Below are positions 1-14,896 of a DNA stretch of 64,000 bases, in pieces. This DNA is from Amoebidium appalachense (lineage: Eukaryota; Protista; Ichthyosporea): NCBI GenBank assembly GCA_963693365.1, contig CAVNZM010000002.1, positions 11,216,328 to 11,280,327 of the forward strand, given 5' to 3'. A model generated the notes under the pieces. That model was given only the letters and a program-made list of their open reading frames with translations. It ran no database searches and was not told the DNA's origin. Made by a program: the position numbers and the translations under genes. Positions within the stretch are counted from its first letter, which is position 1. Every line of letters starts with the position of its first letter.

Positions 1-895
1 GTTCTCTGGGCCGTAGTCATCTGTAGCATCGAGTCTGAGCATGGTGCCGTAGTTGAAGTCCTGCACCTTTCCTTCATAGCGGTTGCACAGGTCCCTCCAG
101 GCCTCCTTGGAGCTGGGCGCCTTGAGTGTGTCCTCGTCAATCAGACGTACGTTGAGGTCCGGGAAGGTCTTGCGGAAATCGGCATAGATTTCATCGTCGA
201 TACTGTGTGTGTAGGGGGGGGGGGGGGGGTAAGGGATATGAGTTTTTTTGTTTTTTATTTTTATTTTATTTTTTATTTTTATTTTTTTTTGGGGGAGGGG
301 GGAGGAGGTGGCCCGGCTAGAGGGAGGTGTAGGGGGGGGGGGGGGGGGGGGTTTGAATGCGTCAAAAAGTACGAAGTACACAAGAACAAACGGATAACAC
401 GATGCAGAATGCAAGCCATACATAAAGAGTATGCATAATAAGCAGAGATCATCCTCAGGGGGAGCCCATGCCATCCACAGTACCCGAGTTTCCACCTATT
501 CACCTCGTTAACGAAACCCAACTCAGATACTGTTTCACTGGGGGGCAGAAGAGATGGGGAGGGGGGAGGGGGAGGGGCGGGGGGAGGTTGATTGTGTTGA
601 ACAAATCGAAGTGGTACAGTACAACGACAGACATACAGATATGCAAAATGAACACCACAAAGAATACAACCTAAGGAAAACCCTTCATCTGAAGGGGTAG
701 GGGTGAGGAGTGGGGGGTGTTTGTTTTCAAGGTTGATCAACACGACTACAAAGATTCCAAATATATATATACGGAGGTGAACGCAATGAGTAGAAAGAAG
801 AGAGCATGGAGAGAGACAGAGAGAAGGGGGCAGAGAGACACACATACATACACAAGAGAGAGAGAGAAAGAGAGAGGGGGGGGGGGGGGGGGGGG

Positions 896-973
<78 letters not shown>

Positions 974-1185
974 GAACGAGAGAGTATGTGTGCGTGTGTC
1001 CCTGTGTGTGTGTGTATGCGAAAGAGAAAGAGCGACAGGGAGGTTTTTTTTTTTTTTTTTTTTTTTGGGGGGGGGGGGGGGGGTATGTATGATGGGGGAG
1101 GGGGGGGGGGGGGGGAAGAGAGACGACTCGGGTGCCTCTGCATGTGCACCAAAAAACGTGTGGCCTGTGTATGCCCCCGTGTGTT

Positions 1186-1235
<50 letters not shown>

Positions 1236-1239
1236 TGCA

Positions 1240-1274
<35 letters not shown>

Positions 1275-1292
1275 ATGTATGTGTGTGTGTGT

Positions 1293-1324
<32 letters not shown>

Positions 1325-1800
1325 ATGTGTGTTTGTTGATGTGTGTCACATGTGTGTGTAGGTGCACAATCCCAAATCACACACGTGAGAATTGCTCAGA
1401 AAAATTCTGCATGCTTGTGTCGTAGCAGATGTGTGCTTGCATTCGTGAACATGTGTGGGCTTCCAACCACAGTGTGTGTCTGTGTCTCACTTGCACGGAG
1501 TATTCTGCGGCAGCACAAACAATCTCCCAGCCCTCTAGGTCTCGCTGTGGTAATGCTTCCTTTAAACACACTAGCATGCAACAAAATAAACAGTAAAAAT
1601 AACAGCCCACTGAACGGCCTTTCGTCAAAAGCATAAGATAGGCATTCCAATGACCCCCCTCCTCCCCCTTCCTTCCCCAACCTACCCCCTCCTCTCATAT
1701 ATAAAAAAAATCTCAGACAGACTGGCCCATTGTAACTTATCACTTGCTCGCCCCCCCCTCCCCCCCCCCCCCCTCCCCCTCCAGCCCCTCCTCCGCCCGT

Positions 1801-1836
<36 letters not shown>

Positions 1837-2433
1837 CAAAAAGAAAAGAAAAAAAAAAACACCACCCACCCACACCCACACCTGCCGACTGCTGGCTTTG
1901 CCACCTACCCACCCACCCATTGACCCTTCCATTACACACATACCCACCACGAAGAGATCGCTGACTTCATTTTGCCCTCCCCTCCCCTCCCCCCCCCTCC
2001 ACAAAACTCCAATCACCCCCCCACCCCCAACCTCCCCCGCGTCCCCCAACGCCCTGCCTATCCCATCCCCCCCCCCCTCCCCCCAAACACACACACTCAC
2101 ATCAAGCTTCTACAGACAGAAAATACCCACTATTCCTCACCCAGGTAAGCCACCACCCACACCCCACATCACCACCAAGCACACAAAGACACTTACGGGG
2201 TAAGCTTTATCTTTCTCGAGTCCACAGAGCTAATGAGGTTGAAGTATGTCTCTGCGTGTTTGCCTGCCTTGATGGCCCATGCCGTCTCCACGTCCGCATT
2301 GTTGTGGTACTGCGCTGCCTGGGCCTCCGCACGAGCAAGGTCCGATTGCGAAAAGGCACCGCCCTTGGTGATTTTTTGCTTTGTGTTTGACGTGCGTGTT
2401 TGTGTTCGTGTGTGTGTTCGTGTGTTCGTGTGT

Positions 2434-2520
<87 letters not shown>

Positions 2521-2688
2521 CGTGTCCGCTTGTAACGGTGTGTTTGGTGTAAAGGGAGGATTGGGGGGAGGGGGGGGGGGGGGGGGGGGTATTTGTGTCC
2601 GCAATAGGTAAGTAGGGAAACCTTTCCTCCCTTTTTTTCTCTTTTCTTTCTTTTCCTTTCTTTCTTCTCTAACGTTTTTTTCTTTTTC

Positions 2689-2719
<31 letters not shown>

Positions 2720-3176
2720 AGTGGAAGAGCACTGGCTCTTGCGAAGAAAGAGAGGGGCAGGAGGGGTAGCCGGACGGGTGTGTGTGTGTGGGGGGGGGGG
2801 GGGGGGGGGGGGGGGGCAAGGAGGAAGGTAAAAGGGTGAAGGGGAAGGGCAGGGAGAGCATCTGTAAGCCAGAGAAGGGAAAGGGTGGCCGGAAAGGCAG
2901 GGGAGGGGGGGGGGGGATGAGAGAGAGAGAGAGAGAGAAGAAAGAAGGGGGGAGGGGGGAAGGAGATGGCCAGGGGGGAGTCTGGGTAGAAAGGGGCACA
3001 AACAGAACAGAACACAACGAAGGAATGGACACCAGAAGGCTGGGGGGGAAGGGGGGGGGGGAGGGAGAGGGAGGAAAGTTGGAGGGGGAGATGCTTGAAG
3101 AATGACCGGAAGGGTAGAGAGGAAAATGTCACAGTGCCTTTCTCGTGTGTGCATGTCTATAAACGGTGGCGGGACA

Positions 3177-3211
<35 letters not shown>

Positions 3212-3922
3212 AACATGAAGGTGTGAGGGGAGGACAGTCAAACCTGCCAAAAATAGACGGCAAACTAGAGCACAAAAAGAAAGGGTAACAGATGCTTTCT
3301 TCTGCTTTCAATGGGGTGTCCCCCGGTGCCCCTTTTTTACCGGGTCGGCGGGCATTCTCTCTCTCCCTATCAGTGTGCGCGTGCGTTTGGTGTGTGTGTG
3401 TGTTTGAGGGGGGGGGGGGGGGGGGGGTGGATAGCAGTGCTTGTGTGTGTGTATGTGTGTGCGCGGATGTGTGTGTGCGCGCGCGTGAGTGAGCGTTTTA
3501 GTGTGTGCGCACGTGTGTGCACGCGTGCGTGCGTGCCTGCGAACGTGCATATGTATTTGTGCGGCGTTTTGTGTTTGAGTGTATGCGGACACCTGAAGCC
3601 GTGCGTGAGGGGGACACTGACATGCGCAAGCGTGCAAGCTCACAATTGTGTGTGCGGTTCGTATTCCTATCTGCCTCACGTATGCTTTGGTCTATAGAAG
3701 AGAGAGTGTGTGTGTGTCTGCGCGTGTCTGTGTTCGCGCTGTTGGCTTAGCCTTTGTGTGGCTGCATTCGTGCTAGCGCAGTTTCGTAGCCAGGCCAAGC
3801 AGCATGGAGCAAGTCAGGCAGCATAAAGTACAAGCCAGTTTCTAGTGGGAAGAAAGTGGAAAAACATAGGATGTGCGGTGTACCTTGTGCAGAGCAGCCT
3901 CGATTTGCTTTTCAAAGTCCAT
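1..3922 (-). CDS. PBDC1: Polysaccharide biosynthesis domain-containing protein 1 (PBDC1/CXorf26-like), spliced, 3' end beyond the left edge
   Basis: Phase-compatible GT-AG exons: 3922-3884 (MDFEKQIEAALHK, least certain), 2378-2197 (..YHNNADVETAWAIKAGKHAETYFNLISSVDSRKIKLTP) and 202-1 (IDDEIYADFRKTFPDLNVRLIDEDTLKAPSSKEAWRDLCNRYEGKVQDFNYGTMLRLDATDDYGPEN). Matches the family signatures E.AWA..A..HAE.Y..LISSVD, DD.IY..FRK.F and DFNYGT.LRLD. Confidence 0.9.
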
Positions 3923-4442
3923 CTTAGCGTCTTCAGCGTTTCCTTTTCGTGACCCCTTTCCTGTTGTGAATGAAGCAGTGCACGTGTTACATTGAGATTG
4001 CTTTTTCCAGGAGCCGATGAAGTTGCATGATATAATTGGTCCAGGATCATGAATGTCTAATGGCGTAACACACAGAAACTCTGTGTGTTCCGGCAAAGTA
4101 AGCAAAGGAGTAGACAACATGGATTGGCTGTATTGTCTCCTGTTACGCAACTGCCGCAGTGCCGCGGGGCAGCCGCAACAGCGCTAGCCTACAGGCAGAC
4201 AGGGGCAACTCCGACGCTGTACAGCCTTCTGAGGACTTGCGTTTTGGGAAACCAGCTGTCATGATAAAAATTTAAGTTTGGAAACTTCAAGCCTGCTGAT
4301 AGCTCGCACCAGATTTGGAGTGCCGGCATCTTGGGGATGATGTCCTCAAATGCACGTGAGCTACCGGTGGCCGGACGCCCTCAGGTGCCTCATCTTCCAT
4401 GGCCAAAGAGGCTATGTATTGTGATTTGGGTAAAGATGCAAA

Positions 4443-4541
4443 TGAGCCGAACCAAGGTCAAGGATGATCCCAGAGGAATCTAGACAGAAGCAATTGAGCC
4501 GAACCAAGGGTCAAGGATGATCCAGAGGAATCTAGACAGAA
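4443..4541. repeat. Tandem direct duplication, ~52-bp period, 2 copies
   Basis: TGAGCCGAACCAAGG(G)TCAAGGATGATCC(C)AGAGGAATCTAGACAGAAG occurs at 4443 and 4495. Confidence 0.9.
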
Positions 4542-4706
4542 GTGAGGAGTCGGCGGGGAGATAGTACTAGTTTTGGCTGCGCATGCAGCTGTGGAATGTG
4601 TATATAGGACAGGGCGAAGCCGGGGAAACAAGATAAAAAGTCAGCGGTGTACATGTACATATGTGCCTGCGTGAGTACGTGTACGTGCTTGCGTGCGTCA
4701 CGGTTC

Positions 4707-4791
<85 letters not shown>

Positions 4792-4820
4792 CGTGCGTGT
4801 GTGTGTGTGTGTGTGTGCGT

Positions 4821-4855
<35 letters not shown>

Positions 4856-4982
4856 CATGTGTGCGTGCGTGCGTGCGTGCGTGTGCGTGCGTGCGTGCGC
4901 GCGCGCGCGCCTGTGCATGTGTGTGTGTGTGTGTGTGTGGGTGTGGGTGGGTGGGTGGGTGGGTGAGTCACAGTGTGTGTGC

Positions 4983-5030
<48 letters not shown>

Positions 5031-5371
5031 CTGTGTAGATGTGCTTTTTATACTCGATGGAAAACCCGCGCCATCCTCGTTAGTCGTGTTGTTAACACGT
5101 CGATCCAAATCTTTTTCAGTTGGCCAGCCAACCCAGCCAACTCCAAACACTGGCATCGAGTTATTATGGTGGTGCCCGTGCACACCATCTACCTCAGACT
5201 ACAGGAAACTTTAAGTCAACACTACACTCCACACCACCTCGGCCCATTGTCGAGGCTGGGGTCAAAATCCTGAGCGGCTAAGGTGTACCAATAGTTAGGA
5301 TGGGTAATGGTGTGTTGGCTTAGCTAATGGTACCGTAGCACCCTAGATGTAGTCCATACTAACGATAATTC

Positions 5372-5435
5372 CTCTGAGGGCCCTAGGGGCGCTCTGAGGG
5401 CCCTAGGGGCGCTCTGGGGGCCCTAGGGGCCCTCT
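5372..5435. repeat. 20-bp minisatellite, ~3 copies
   Basis: CTCTGAGGGCCCTAGGGGCG repeated three times with single substitutions. Confidence 0.9.
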
Positions 5436-6956
5436 ACGGGAACAAAACGGGATAAAACAGAAAACTCCGCGTCTCCTCGGCCTAAAACCACTTCGCAATC
5501 ATGTAATTACAGCAATTTGCAAGAGGGTGCTACTTTGTGACATCTAACCCAGCCTTTGTGAATCAAGTTGTGATCCGTCATCAAACTTGAGGGCCACTGG
5601 TGGAAATGCAGGGAAAGCAGAGCTCGGGGGACGGGGAAGATAAAATTTCTTTCTTTTTATTTCATTTTTTACTTTATTTCTTTTTTATAGCCTTCTACAT
5701 TTTTTACTAAGGGAAAGGTGATCTTAAGCTTGTTGTCCTACTACACAGTCTACAACACCACTGTAGTCATCCTCTGTACCACCCCATGCGCACGACGGAT
5801 TGGCCGTAAACTTGTGTCTTTTTGCCTTTTCAGTGCCCGTATGAACAGCGTAACATGAAGGCACTTACACCTTCCTCTCAACCCCTCCCATCCCGCTCCC
5901 CCCAACCACCCCCTCCCTCTACTCCCCTCCCCCCCCCCTCCCGCCCTCCCCCCCTCTCTCTCTCCCCGGCCCGTCCACCCGGATCCCGTGTCCCCCCCCC
6001 CTACCCCCCCCCCCCCCCCCGCGCAAACCTCAGGCCCCATTCCACCCCTGCTTCTTCCATTCTTCCCTCCCTCCCCCCCTCCCCCCCCCCCCCCCCCCCC
6101 CCCCTCCCCTCGCTCTCTTCCCCATGCTCCTAGTACATAACGAGGTCTTCTAACACTGCATGGTGTTCAAATGAGACATAATACCGTGTGTCCTGCCAGC
6201 AATGCTCACATGCTAATCAATAATTATATCTTTTAGGACCAATATCCCACAATCAAGCAACCCGAAAGAGGTCACTAATATAATTACCACACGGGTCCAT
6301 ATATGTTGGCGGCCAGCCATTTGGGACCATGAATTCACGTGCTCAGACGAGCTGTCTGCAGCAACTTCATCGCAAGTATAATACCATGGCGGGAATGGCC
6401 GCCTCCTTATAGTGGCCTAAGTCTATGATTGAACGCTGATTGTCACACAGGCTGTGGTTACGGGGCTGCATTTCGGCCAAGGCAGTGTGTACACACAACG
6501 TGTTGGCATTCGTTGAGCGGGGGTTTTTTTACTTTTTTTGTTTTTTTCACTTGTTGTTTCGTGCCGTTGTTCATACAACTTCTTGACCTATACCGATTTC
6601 TTCACGTGATGATCTCACGCGCCCGGATTTTGGTGGGTAAAGAAAAAGAAAAGAAAAAAAGACCACAGCACTAGTGCAGCATTAAATGGTGCCGCCCTAG
6701 GCCTAAACCAAAGAAAGAAAGAATTTTTTTTTTTTTTTTTTTAAGGTCTGGTCAGAGAAAGACAGATTGTAAGGAGTGGAATCATTCAAGAATAGGAGAC
6801 AGAATAAATGATGTAAAAAAGAAAAACTTTGATATAAATGATTTATGGAACAGTCTTGGAGTTTTGGATCAGCTTTAGCTTTAGGCATTTGTTATAAGTA
6901 GTAGAAATTGTTATTATTGCTATTCATATTATTAAGATCATTTTAAAATTACCTCT

Positions 6957-7107
<151 letters not shown>

Positions 7108-7765
7108 AGGGAGGGGGGGGGGGGGGTGGATGATTAGTAGAGGAAGTCGGGTTTAGATGGGGTGAGGCAGGGGAGAGGGTGGGTTGGGGGAGTGGGAGCG
7201 GCACCTCTCCCCCATCTCCACCCCTTCTCAGCCTCATCATAACTCTACCTGGTGTTGCAAATCATCAGAATACTATGTGCCCAGAATGCCAGCAATGCTC
7301 ACATGCACATTAAAACCAATCTCTTAGGACCAATACTCCCACAATCAAACAACCTAAAACAGGTGCTTATATAGTTGCCACATAGGGCCATATTTGTTGG
7401 TGGCCAGTCAGTCATGACCATGAATGACCGTGCAGAACAATTCTGCATCCCGACTCAGCACTCTGACCCTCAAATGTGCAAGGTTCATTGCTCATTGGCT
7501 GCCCCCTTAAAGTCACCCAAGTCAAACTTTCAATGCCAGACAGCACACAGGCTTTGGCCCACGGAGTTACATTTCTGCCAGGTCAGTGCGTACACACACC
7601 GTTGGCTATGCTGTGAGCGGACCTCAGTGAATTCTTATGGTCGGTGTTTCGTGCCGTAATTTATGCCAATCCTTTTCCTATATCGTTTTCTCTTCCCGAT
7701 GATCATTTTATTCACACGGTAGACTCATGTTTCTTCTTTTTGGTTGGTGGGTACCATTCAACCCC

Positions 7766-7800
<35 letters not shown>

Positions 7801-7958
7801 ACACACACACACACTGACACCCTCCTGGATGGACAGCAACCCCCAGGATCTTGTCTGCTTGGAGTCCAAAATGCTGCCATGTAACTTTGAACCGGTAATC
7901 CAGAGGCACGGGAGAGGGACACCCCCCCCCCCCCCCCCCTTGCCTTCAGAGCCCCCTT

Positions 7959-8018
<60 letters not shown>

Positions 8019-8705
8019 AAAAAAAAAAAAACTCACTAGCACGGCACGCCACCGACCGCTTCCGAGCCACACCCAATCAGTATAATATCCCTCCCTTCCT
8101 TCCCCCCCCCCACCCCCTCTCTCTCCTCCCCCCCTCTCGCGTTACCTCCTCTACGCCCCGCATACCCAGGTGGCACCTCCCCTCCGGAGCCTCCCCCCCC
8201 CCCCCCCCCCCCCTCCATCGTTTTCAAAGAGAAGAGGAAAGGAAAAACGGAAGAAAATGATCAGGCTTTGAAGAAACATTGCCACTTGCTAGCGGTGCTT
8301 GAGGATTGCCCCTAACATTTCTTCTGGTAAGAGCGGAACTGAGTGGTGGTGGGGAAGAGGGGAGGGGGGGGGGAGAGGGGAAGCAAGAGGGAGATAGAGA
8401 GAGGGGGAGGGAGGGGGGGGGGGGGGAGGGGGGGAGAGAGGGGGGGGCAGAGAGGGGGGGGGGAGAGAGAGAGAGGAACCGGGGGGGGGGGGGAGAGGGG
8501 GGGGGAGAGGGGGAAGGGTGGGGGGGGGGGGAGAGGGGGAAAGAGAGAGAAAAAGAGAGAGTGGCGGAGGAAGGGAGAGAGAGTGAGGGAGGGAAGGGGG
8601 AGGGGGAGGGGGGGAGATGATTTTTAGTAGAGCAGGTGGGTTTAAGATCGCGTGGGATGGGGGAAGAGGTGGAATGGGAGTGGGTGAGTGGGTCACCGTG
8701 GGTAT

Positions 8706-8748
<43 letters not shown>

Positions 8749-8942
8749 CTTCTGGGATCTCAAAAAAATGGGCCGGCTCATTTATGCTTCATTGTTAGAC
8801 ATAACGACGATCCTCCCCTTATCTCAGACCCGTTCAGCCGAGAAGGGAACAAACCAGGTCGATACGCAAAACACATTTTTTTCCCGCCATTATCATTAAA
8901 AAGGAAATGCCGGTGCAGCGTGCCATCAACACTGATCCTCCT

Positions 8943-9668
8943 TGTCAGAATAAATAATGTGTGTAATGATATCTCACTCACTCCTTAGTTCTATATTAGG
9001 TGTTTTTGGTCTTTGTTAGAGAGATCTGTGTAAATACGTGTGTTTCTTAGTCACTTGGCTATCCGATCAGATTGCGTCCGGCTATCCGGGCTCCGATTAT
9101 GGCCACTGGGGCTCGCACCGTTGTTAGCTCCGATAGGCTAGCTACGCACCACCTAGATTCCGGGCTGGATCTGTTTAGATTCTGGTGAAGTTCCCGAGAG
9201 CACCAGGACCACAAAAGAGAGCACAAGTGTACTTGCCTTCGTATATAAGCAGCTACTGTCTGGACAGTAGCCCTGGGCTCGACAGTCATTAAATACGAGT
9301 GTGCCGCGCGCCATTTGTAGGTCACCCCCGACACTTGTGATGGTCAGTGTGTGTGTGCCGTCACACACACTTGCAGCATCAGCACTTTTGTGGATAAGCT
9401 TGATCACCTTAGCTACGTTAGTGTTAGGTTGCAGTCACTAGCTGTCGTACTTGTGTATTGCTGCAGACACGAGACAGCGCGGGATAATAAGGGTTTGAGT
9501 GACGATTCAATAGTGTGAAGACTTTATTAATAGTCTGGGTGCCAAACCCCATATGCCTTAGGTTAGTGACACGATAGACAGAGGATAGCTAGCTGACGGT
9601 GCCGCCCTTCTAGCTAATAAGTGGAGTGCCGTCTCCAGAGATAGTATAGTGTGAAGCGTTTTCTGACA
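8943..9668. mobile_element. Solo LTR of an LTR retrotransposon (726 bp)
   Basis: Starts TGTCAGAA (8943) and ends TTCTGACA (9668): TG..CA termini forming a perfect 8-bp inverted repeat. Flanked by the 5-bp direct repeat CTCCT (8938-8942, 9669-9673). Internal TATATAA at 9243; no poly-G/C runs, unlike its flanks. Confidence 0.88.
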
Positions 9669-9713
9669 CTCCTTTCCCATCCCCCCCCCCCTCCTCCCCC
9701 CTCCCCCCCCCTC

Positions 9714-9748
<35 letters not shown>

Positions 9749-9966
9749 CCCCCCCCCTAATCTCCTTCAAACCGTCAAGTTATGAAAGAAGTGTGAAAAA
9801 GGGAGCCTGAGTGGCAGACAAATTATCATGCCGTGAAGATCAGAAAGCAAAACCCCATGCTCGACATTCGTGTCGTAAAGGCTAAAAAGGAACTAGCTCA
9901 CACGGCACAGGCTTCCTCTATCCACACCAACCGGAAATGATTGATCTGGGTAATTCCTTGCTACCC

Positions 9967-10006
<40 letters not shown>

Positions 10007-10506
10007 AAATTTGATATGAATAAATGATTGTACATGGTCCGACAGTTTCCCTAAATATACCCCTTGGTGGGAGAGAGTGGGGTAGGCAGCTGGGGCGGGG
10101 GGCGGGGGCTGGGGGGGAGGGGAAGGCCAGGGGGGCAGAAAGCGAGTGGTTGCTAAGCTATTGCAACTGCTAGTAGGTCTAATGTTTTAGCCTTTGGGGT
10201 GCTAGTACCGTGTACATGTTGATGGCCTCGAAAGCAGATCCTGGGAGCACATTGTCAAATTCAGTCTAATGACATAGTGTTGGTGGATGTTGGGGGGGGT
10301 CGGTGGCCTGGGTATCTGGGTAAAGACAAGGAAGTAATGGGAAGGGAATTAGTTCAGTGGTACACGTGTCGAATAAGTAGCCGAGGGAGACTTTGAGCAT
10401 AAAGACACTCACGACATTGTGTTGTGTGTGGGTGCGGGTGGGTGGGTATGGGTGAGTGGATGTTTAGAGCCGTTTGGGTGGTTGGGTGGATAACTAATTG
10501 GGGAAG

Positions 10507-10559
<53 letters not shown>

Positions 10560-11098
10560 ATGGAAGGTAAATGGAAATCATGAGTAATTGAGCTTTGAAC
10601 AGTCATGGGACAATTCATGAGCAGTATTTATTGATGAACTTTTTGAATTCGTCCTCGTGGTCCGAACCTGACGACATCACTAAGTTGCAACCACCATAGT
10701 GGCTTGCATTTTTGTGGGCGGTCACTCAACTAGCAGGAACCAATTCAGCTGAGGGTGAATGCACAAAGCCGTGGCTGTGATTGTGGGAGACAGGGTGAAC
10801 CGAAAAGAGGGGCAAAGGAAGGGGGGGAGGAGGGGGGGGGGGGGGGGGGGGGGCTTTGAAAAAAGACAACGGGCCGTATCCAATGTAAGCCAAAACTATA
10901 ATCCATACTCCGTTACCTCCCTAAGAGTTTATACCATCATGCATCTCAGACCCGTTCAGACGTTCAGTCTTTAATAGGTGAACAAATCACCACCACCCGT
11001 GCATGACATCATACTGCACGTCTTTCAATGCAGTTGGCCATAGACTCTTATTCAACGAAAACCTGAAGGCCAAGCCACAGCATGGGCTCCTGCACATC

Positions 11099-11133
<35 letters not shown>

Positions 11134-11494
11134 AATCCCCCTCCTCCCGTTTCTGCTCAGCTGCAGATATTAGCAAATTCGCCAGCGTTTTGGGTTTGGC
11201 CTTTGTGCCAAATTCCCTCTCCTCCCCGCCCCCCCCCCCCCCCCCCCCCCCCCCCTCCCTCCCTCTGCCCCCCTCCACGCACATGTACATCATCGTGACA
11301 CCTGTCAATCCCCCTCCCTCCCGGCCGTCCCCTTCCAACCGGTACCGCCGCCACCAGCACGAATCAACCCCCTACATTTGGACTTGATTAACCGTACGGT
11401 GAAATATAGTATAAATATTTACAGATATCGTATTAAAAAAATGAATACCATATCAAGTAAATTTATTATACGTGCTTACTCAGTTGACACAGGA

Positions 11495-11528
<34 letters not shown>

Positions 11529-12250
11529 CCCCACCCCCACCCTCACTTCACCCTTCACTCTTTCTCTCCCCTCTCCCCCCGCTGCCCTCTCTCGTTCTTC
11601 CCCCTTTCCCCCCTTTCCTTCCCTGAGCACCAACCATTGGTTTCTTTGGTTTCTTATCATTCTTCAACACTGCCTGGGGATTGCATCTAAAAAAGAATAC
11701 TGGGTGTTAGTATACGTAGGCAGTTTGCTTGCCGATTCACCAAAACGGGAAAGGCTAGATTGACTAGTGTCCCACAATTTAAGTCTGCCAAGATGACCGT
11801 TTATGCTATTATCACATATGATCATGCATTCCTGGGTGGTCTGTCCTGATGTGTTCGTGAGGGCACCGTGCAGAACCTTTCTGCAGTGTTGACCGAACCA
11901 TCAGTGTAGGATTTTTGATCCGCAAACGTGTGAACCGTAAAATGGCCCCCTCTAGTAGGTTGCTCAAGTGAACGAGTCATTGCTATTACATTTGGTCTGC
12001 CGATGGCATCATCCACGGTGACCCCCGTCATCCCTTTTTGTTTCCCAAAAAAGACAAAACAAGAAAGAAACAAAAGAGACATTAACTGAATAAAAGCCTC
12101 TTAAGAAAAATACAATAACTGAACACAACTTGCTGACCGTGCATGGTATTTAGGATTGCCCTTACCATTTCTCCTGGTGGGAGAGAGAAGGGAGGGGGAG
12201 GGGGGAGGGGAGGGGAGAGAGAGAGAGCCTCGGGGGGGGGGGGGGGGGGG

Positions 12251-12384
<134 letters not shown>

Positions 12385-13668
12385 GGGGGGGGGGGGGGAG
12401 GGGGGGGAGGGAGAGTGAGAGGGAGACCCTCTCTGTGTGTGAGAGAGAGAGACAGAGAGAGAGGGAAACAGAGAGAGAGGGCGGGGGGGGGAGGGGGGGG
12501 GGGGGGGGGGGGTAAATGATAGTATATTCGGTAACCATTTTAAGATGGGTTGAGGTGGGGTGGGCATGGGGGGAGAGGGGAAGAGGGTACGTCAAGGGGG
12601 GCTGGGGGTCAATCTTAGGATTTTGGTTTATTTTCTATGGAAGACTTCAGTCACGGTTGGCACGTGAAGGTCGCGCGGGGGGGGGATGGAGGGGGAGGGA
12701 GGGGAGGGGGGGGGAAGGGGGGGGGAGGGGGGGGGAGGGGGGGGGGGGGGGGGGAGGGGGGGGGGGAGGAGGAGGACTCAAAGCTCATAATGTTATGCTC
12801 GGCTCAATGTTTGCCAGAAAGATTTTTGATCCCCCCTTATCTCCTTTGCCAGCTTTTGGACCCGTCCAGCCGACGGAGGGAAAAACTAGCTGAAGACAAT
12901 CAATACACAACCATCAGCCCATGTGTACGACGTGTGGTCGTAAAATCGTGTCTTTTCGCCTTTTTACTTGTCCATACAGCATGCCACTAACCCCGGACTC
13001 CCCGTAAAGCTCCCCAGGTCAGGAATAAAGTCTATAACTCATTCTAACACTGCGTAGGCTAGCGCTAAGCCTAATGGTGTTGCATATGAGATAGAATATC
13101 AGGTGCCTAAGCCAGTACTGCTCACATGCTTATCAGAACCTGTACTAGGTTAGGACTGAAAGGCCCACACTCAGGCTCAATGGCTCCTCATCCCTTGGAT
13201 GAATGTGGTCAAAATGGCCACCCCCTAAAAGCTGCACAAGTTAAGTGATCAAAGCCAATTGTCACACAAGCTGTAATTCCGGTGCTGCATATATGCCAGG
13301 TCAGCGTGTGCACACCCAGTTGGCATGCTTTAAGCGAGATCATTTCTCCATTACTGCTTTTTGTTCGTTTATTGTTGCTTTTTGTTTGTTTATTGTTGTT
13401 TCGTGCCGTTATTCATTCAATTTATTGACCTATACTGTTTGCTTTCAGTGAATCGATGCCTTCCAAGGTTTGTTCTGAACTGATGTATTCGTGGGATCAT
13501 CTCATGCTGCCGTATTTTTGGTGGGTACCATTGAAAAAGAAAGACAAAGAGAAAAAAGGCAAAAATGTAAATAGTCCAACGGTTTTCTATACAACGCCAT
13601 GTCAGAGAGAGAGAACGAGAAGAGGGGGGTAGGAGAGGGGGAGTGGGGGGGGGGGCGGGGGAGAGAGG

Positions 13669-13773
<105 letters not shown>

Positions 13774-14198
13774 TGTGTGTGTGAGGGAGGGAGGGGGGGG
13801 AGAGAGGGAGGGAGAGAGTGTGTGAGCGCGCGTGAGAGAGAGAGAGAGTGAGAGAGACATGGGGGGGAGGGTGGGGGGAAGGGGAGGGATGATTATTTGG
13901 TAGTCTAAGAGGAGATGGGCTTTAGATGGGGTGAGGTGGCGGGGGAGGGGAGGGGCAGGGGAGGTCAAGGGGAATAAGGAACATAGGAGATTTCAAACAG
14001 TCACCTTTCACGTGTGAAGGTGCAAGGGGAGCCAGAGGGGGAGGGGGGGGGGGGGGGAATGAAGGTGCAAGCTTCTAGGAGCTCCAAAAAATGGGCCGGG
14101 CTCAACGTTCTCCAAAACGACGATCCCCCCCTCGATCCCCCCTATCTCCCTTGCCATGTTTCGTACACGTTTAGCAGAGGCGGAAAAAAATCAGACAA

Positions 14199-14258
<60 letters not shown>

Positions 14259-14522
14259 TGTGTGTGTGTGTGTTGAGTCTTGAGACTGTCGAAGCCCCAT
14301 TTGCTTATGCTGTGCTGTTCCTTGGAAAATCTGCTCCAATCGGCCAAGCACAAAGAGAGCTTGTAGGCAAGGCCAGATTGATCTTCCACCTTCTGCCTCC
14401 CCTCCCCCCCCCCCCTCCCCCCCCCCCCCCCCAACCACCACGACACACACCCTCTCAACCTGATTCTCCCCACTTTTCTCCTCTTTATGTTTCAAGATAG
14501 TGGCCTGTTAAACGTTGTGAAA

Positions 14523-14556
<34 letters not shown>

Positions 14557-14863
14557 TTCCCACAAAAAAACAAAAAAACAAAACAAAACCCATACACACA
14601 CACACTCAAACACCCAGACACGGAACCAGCACCACCAGTCAACCTTTTCCACATTTGTTCTTGGTCTCCAGCCGTCTTAGACATTTCGTGATTAGTTAAA
14701 AACTCCACTATATCAAGGTTTAACACAGTTTACCCTGTAACCGAATACCAACCCCTTCTCTCCTCCCCCCCCCCCCCCCCCCCCCCCCTAAAAAAAAAAA
14801 AAAAAAAGAAAGAAAAAGAAAAATAAAAAGACAAAAAAAACTTAACATGGTAATCGAGTACAT

Positions 14864-14896
<33 letters not shown>

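Noticed and set aside
6149-6215. CEHC / SHL-like strings suggesting an HNH or His-Cys box endonuclease in module A
   Set aside because: The motifs fall in different frames and are not jointly conserved across the copies.
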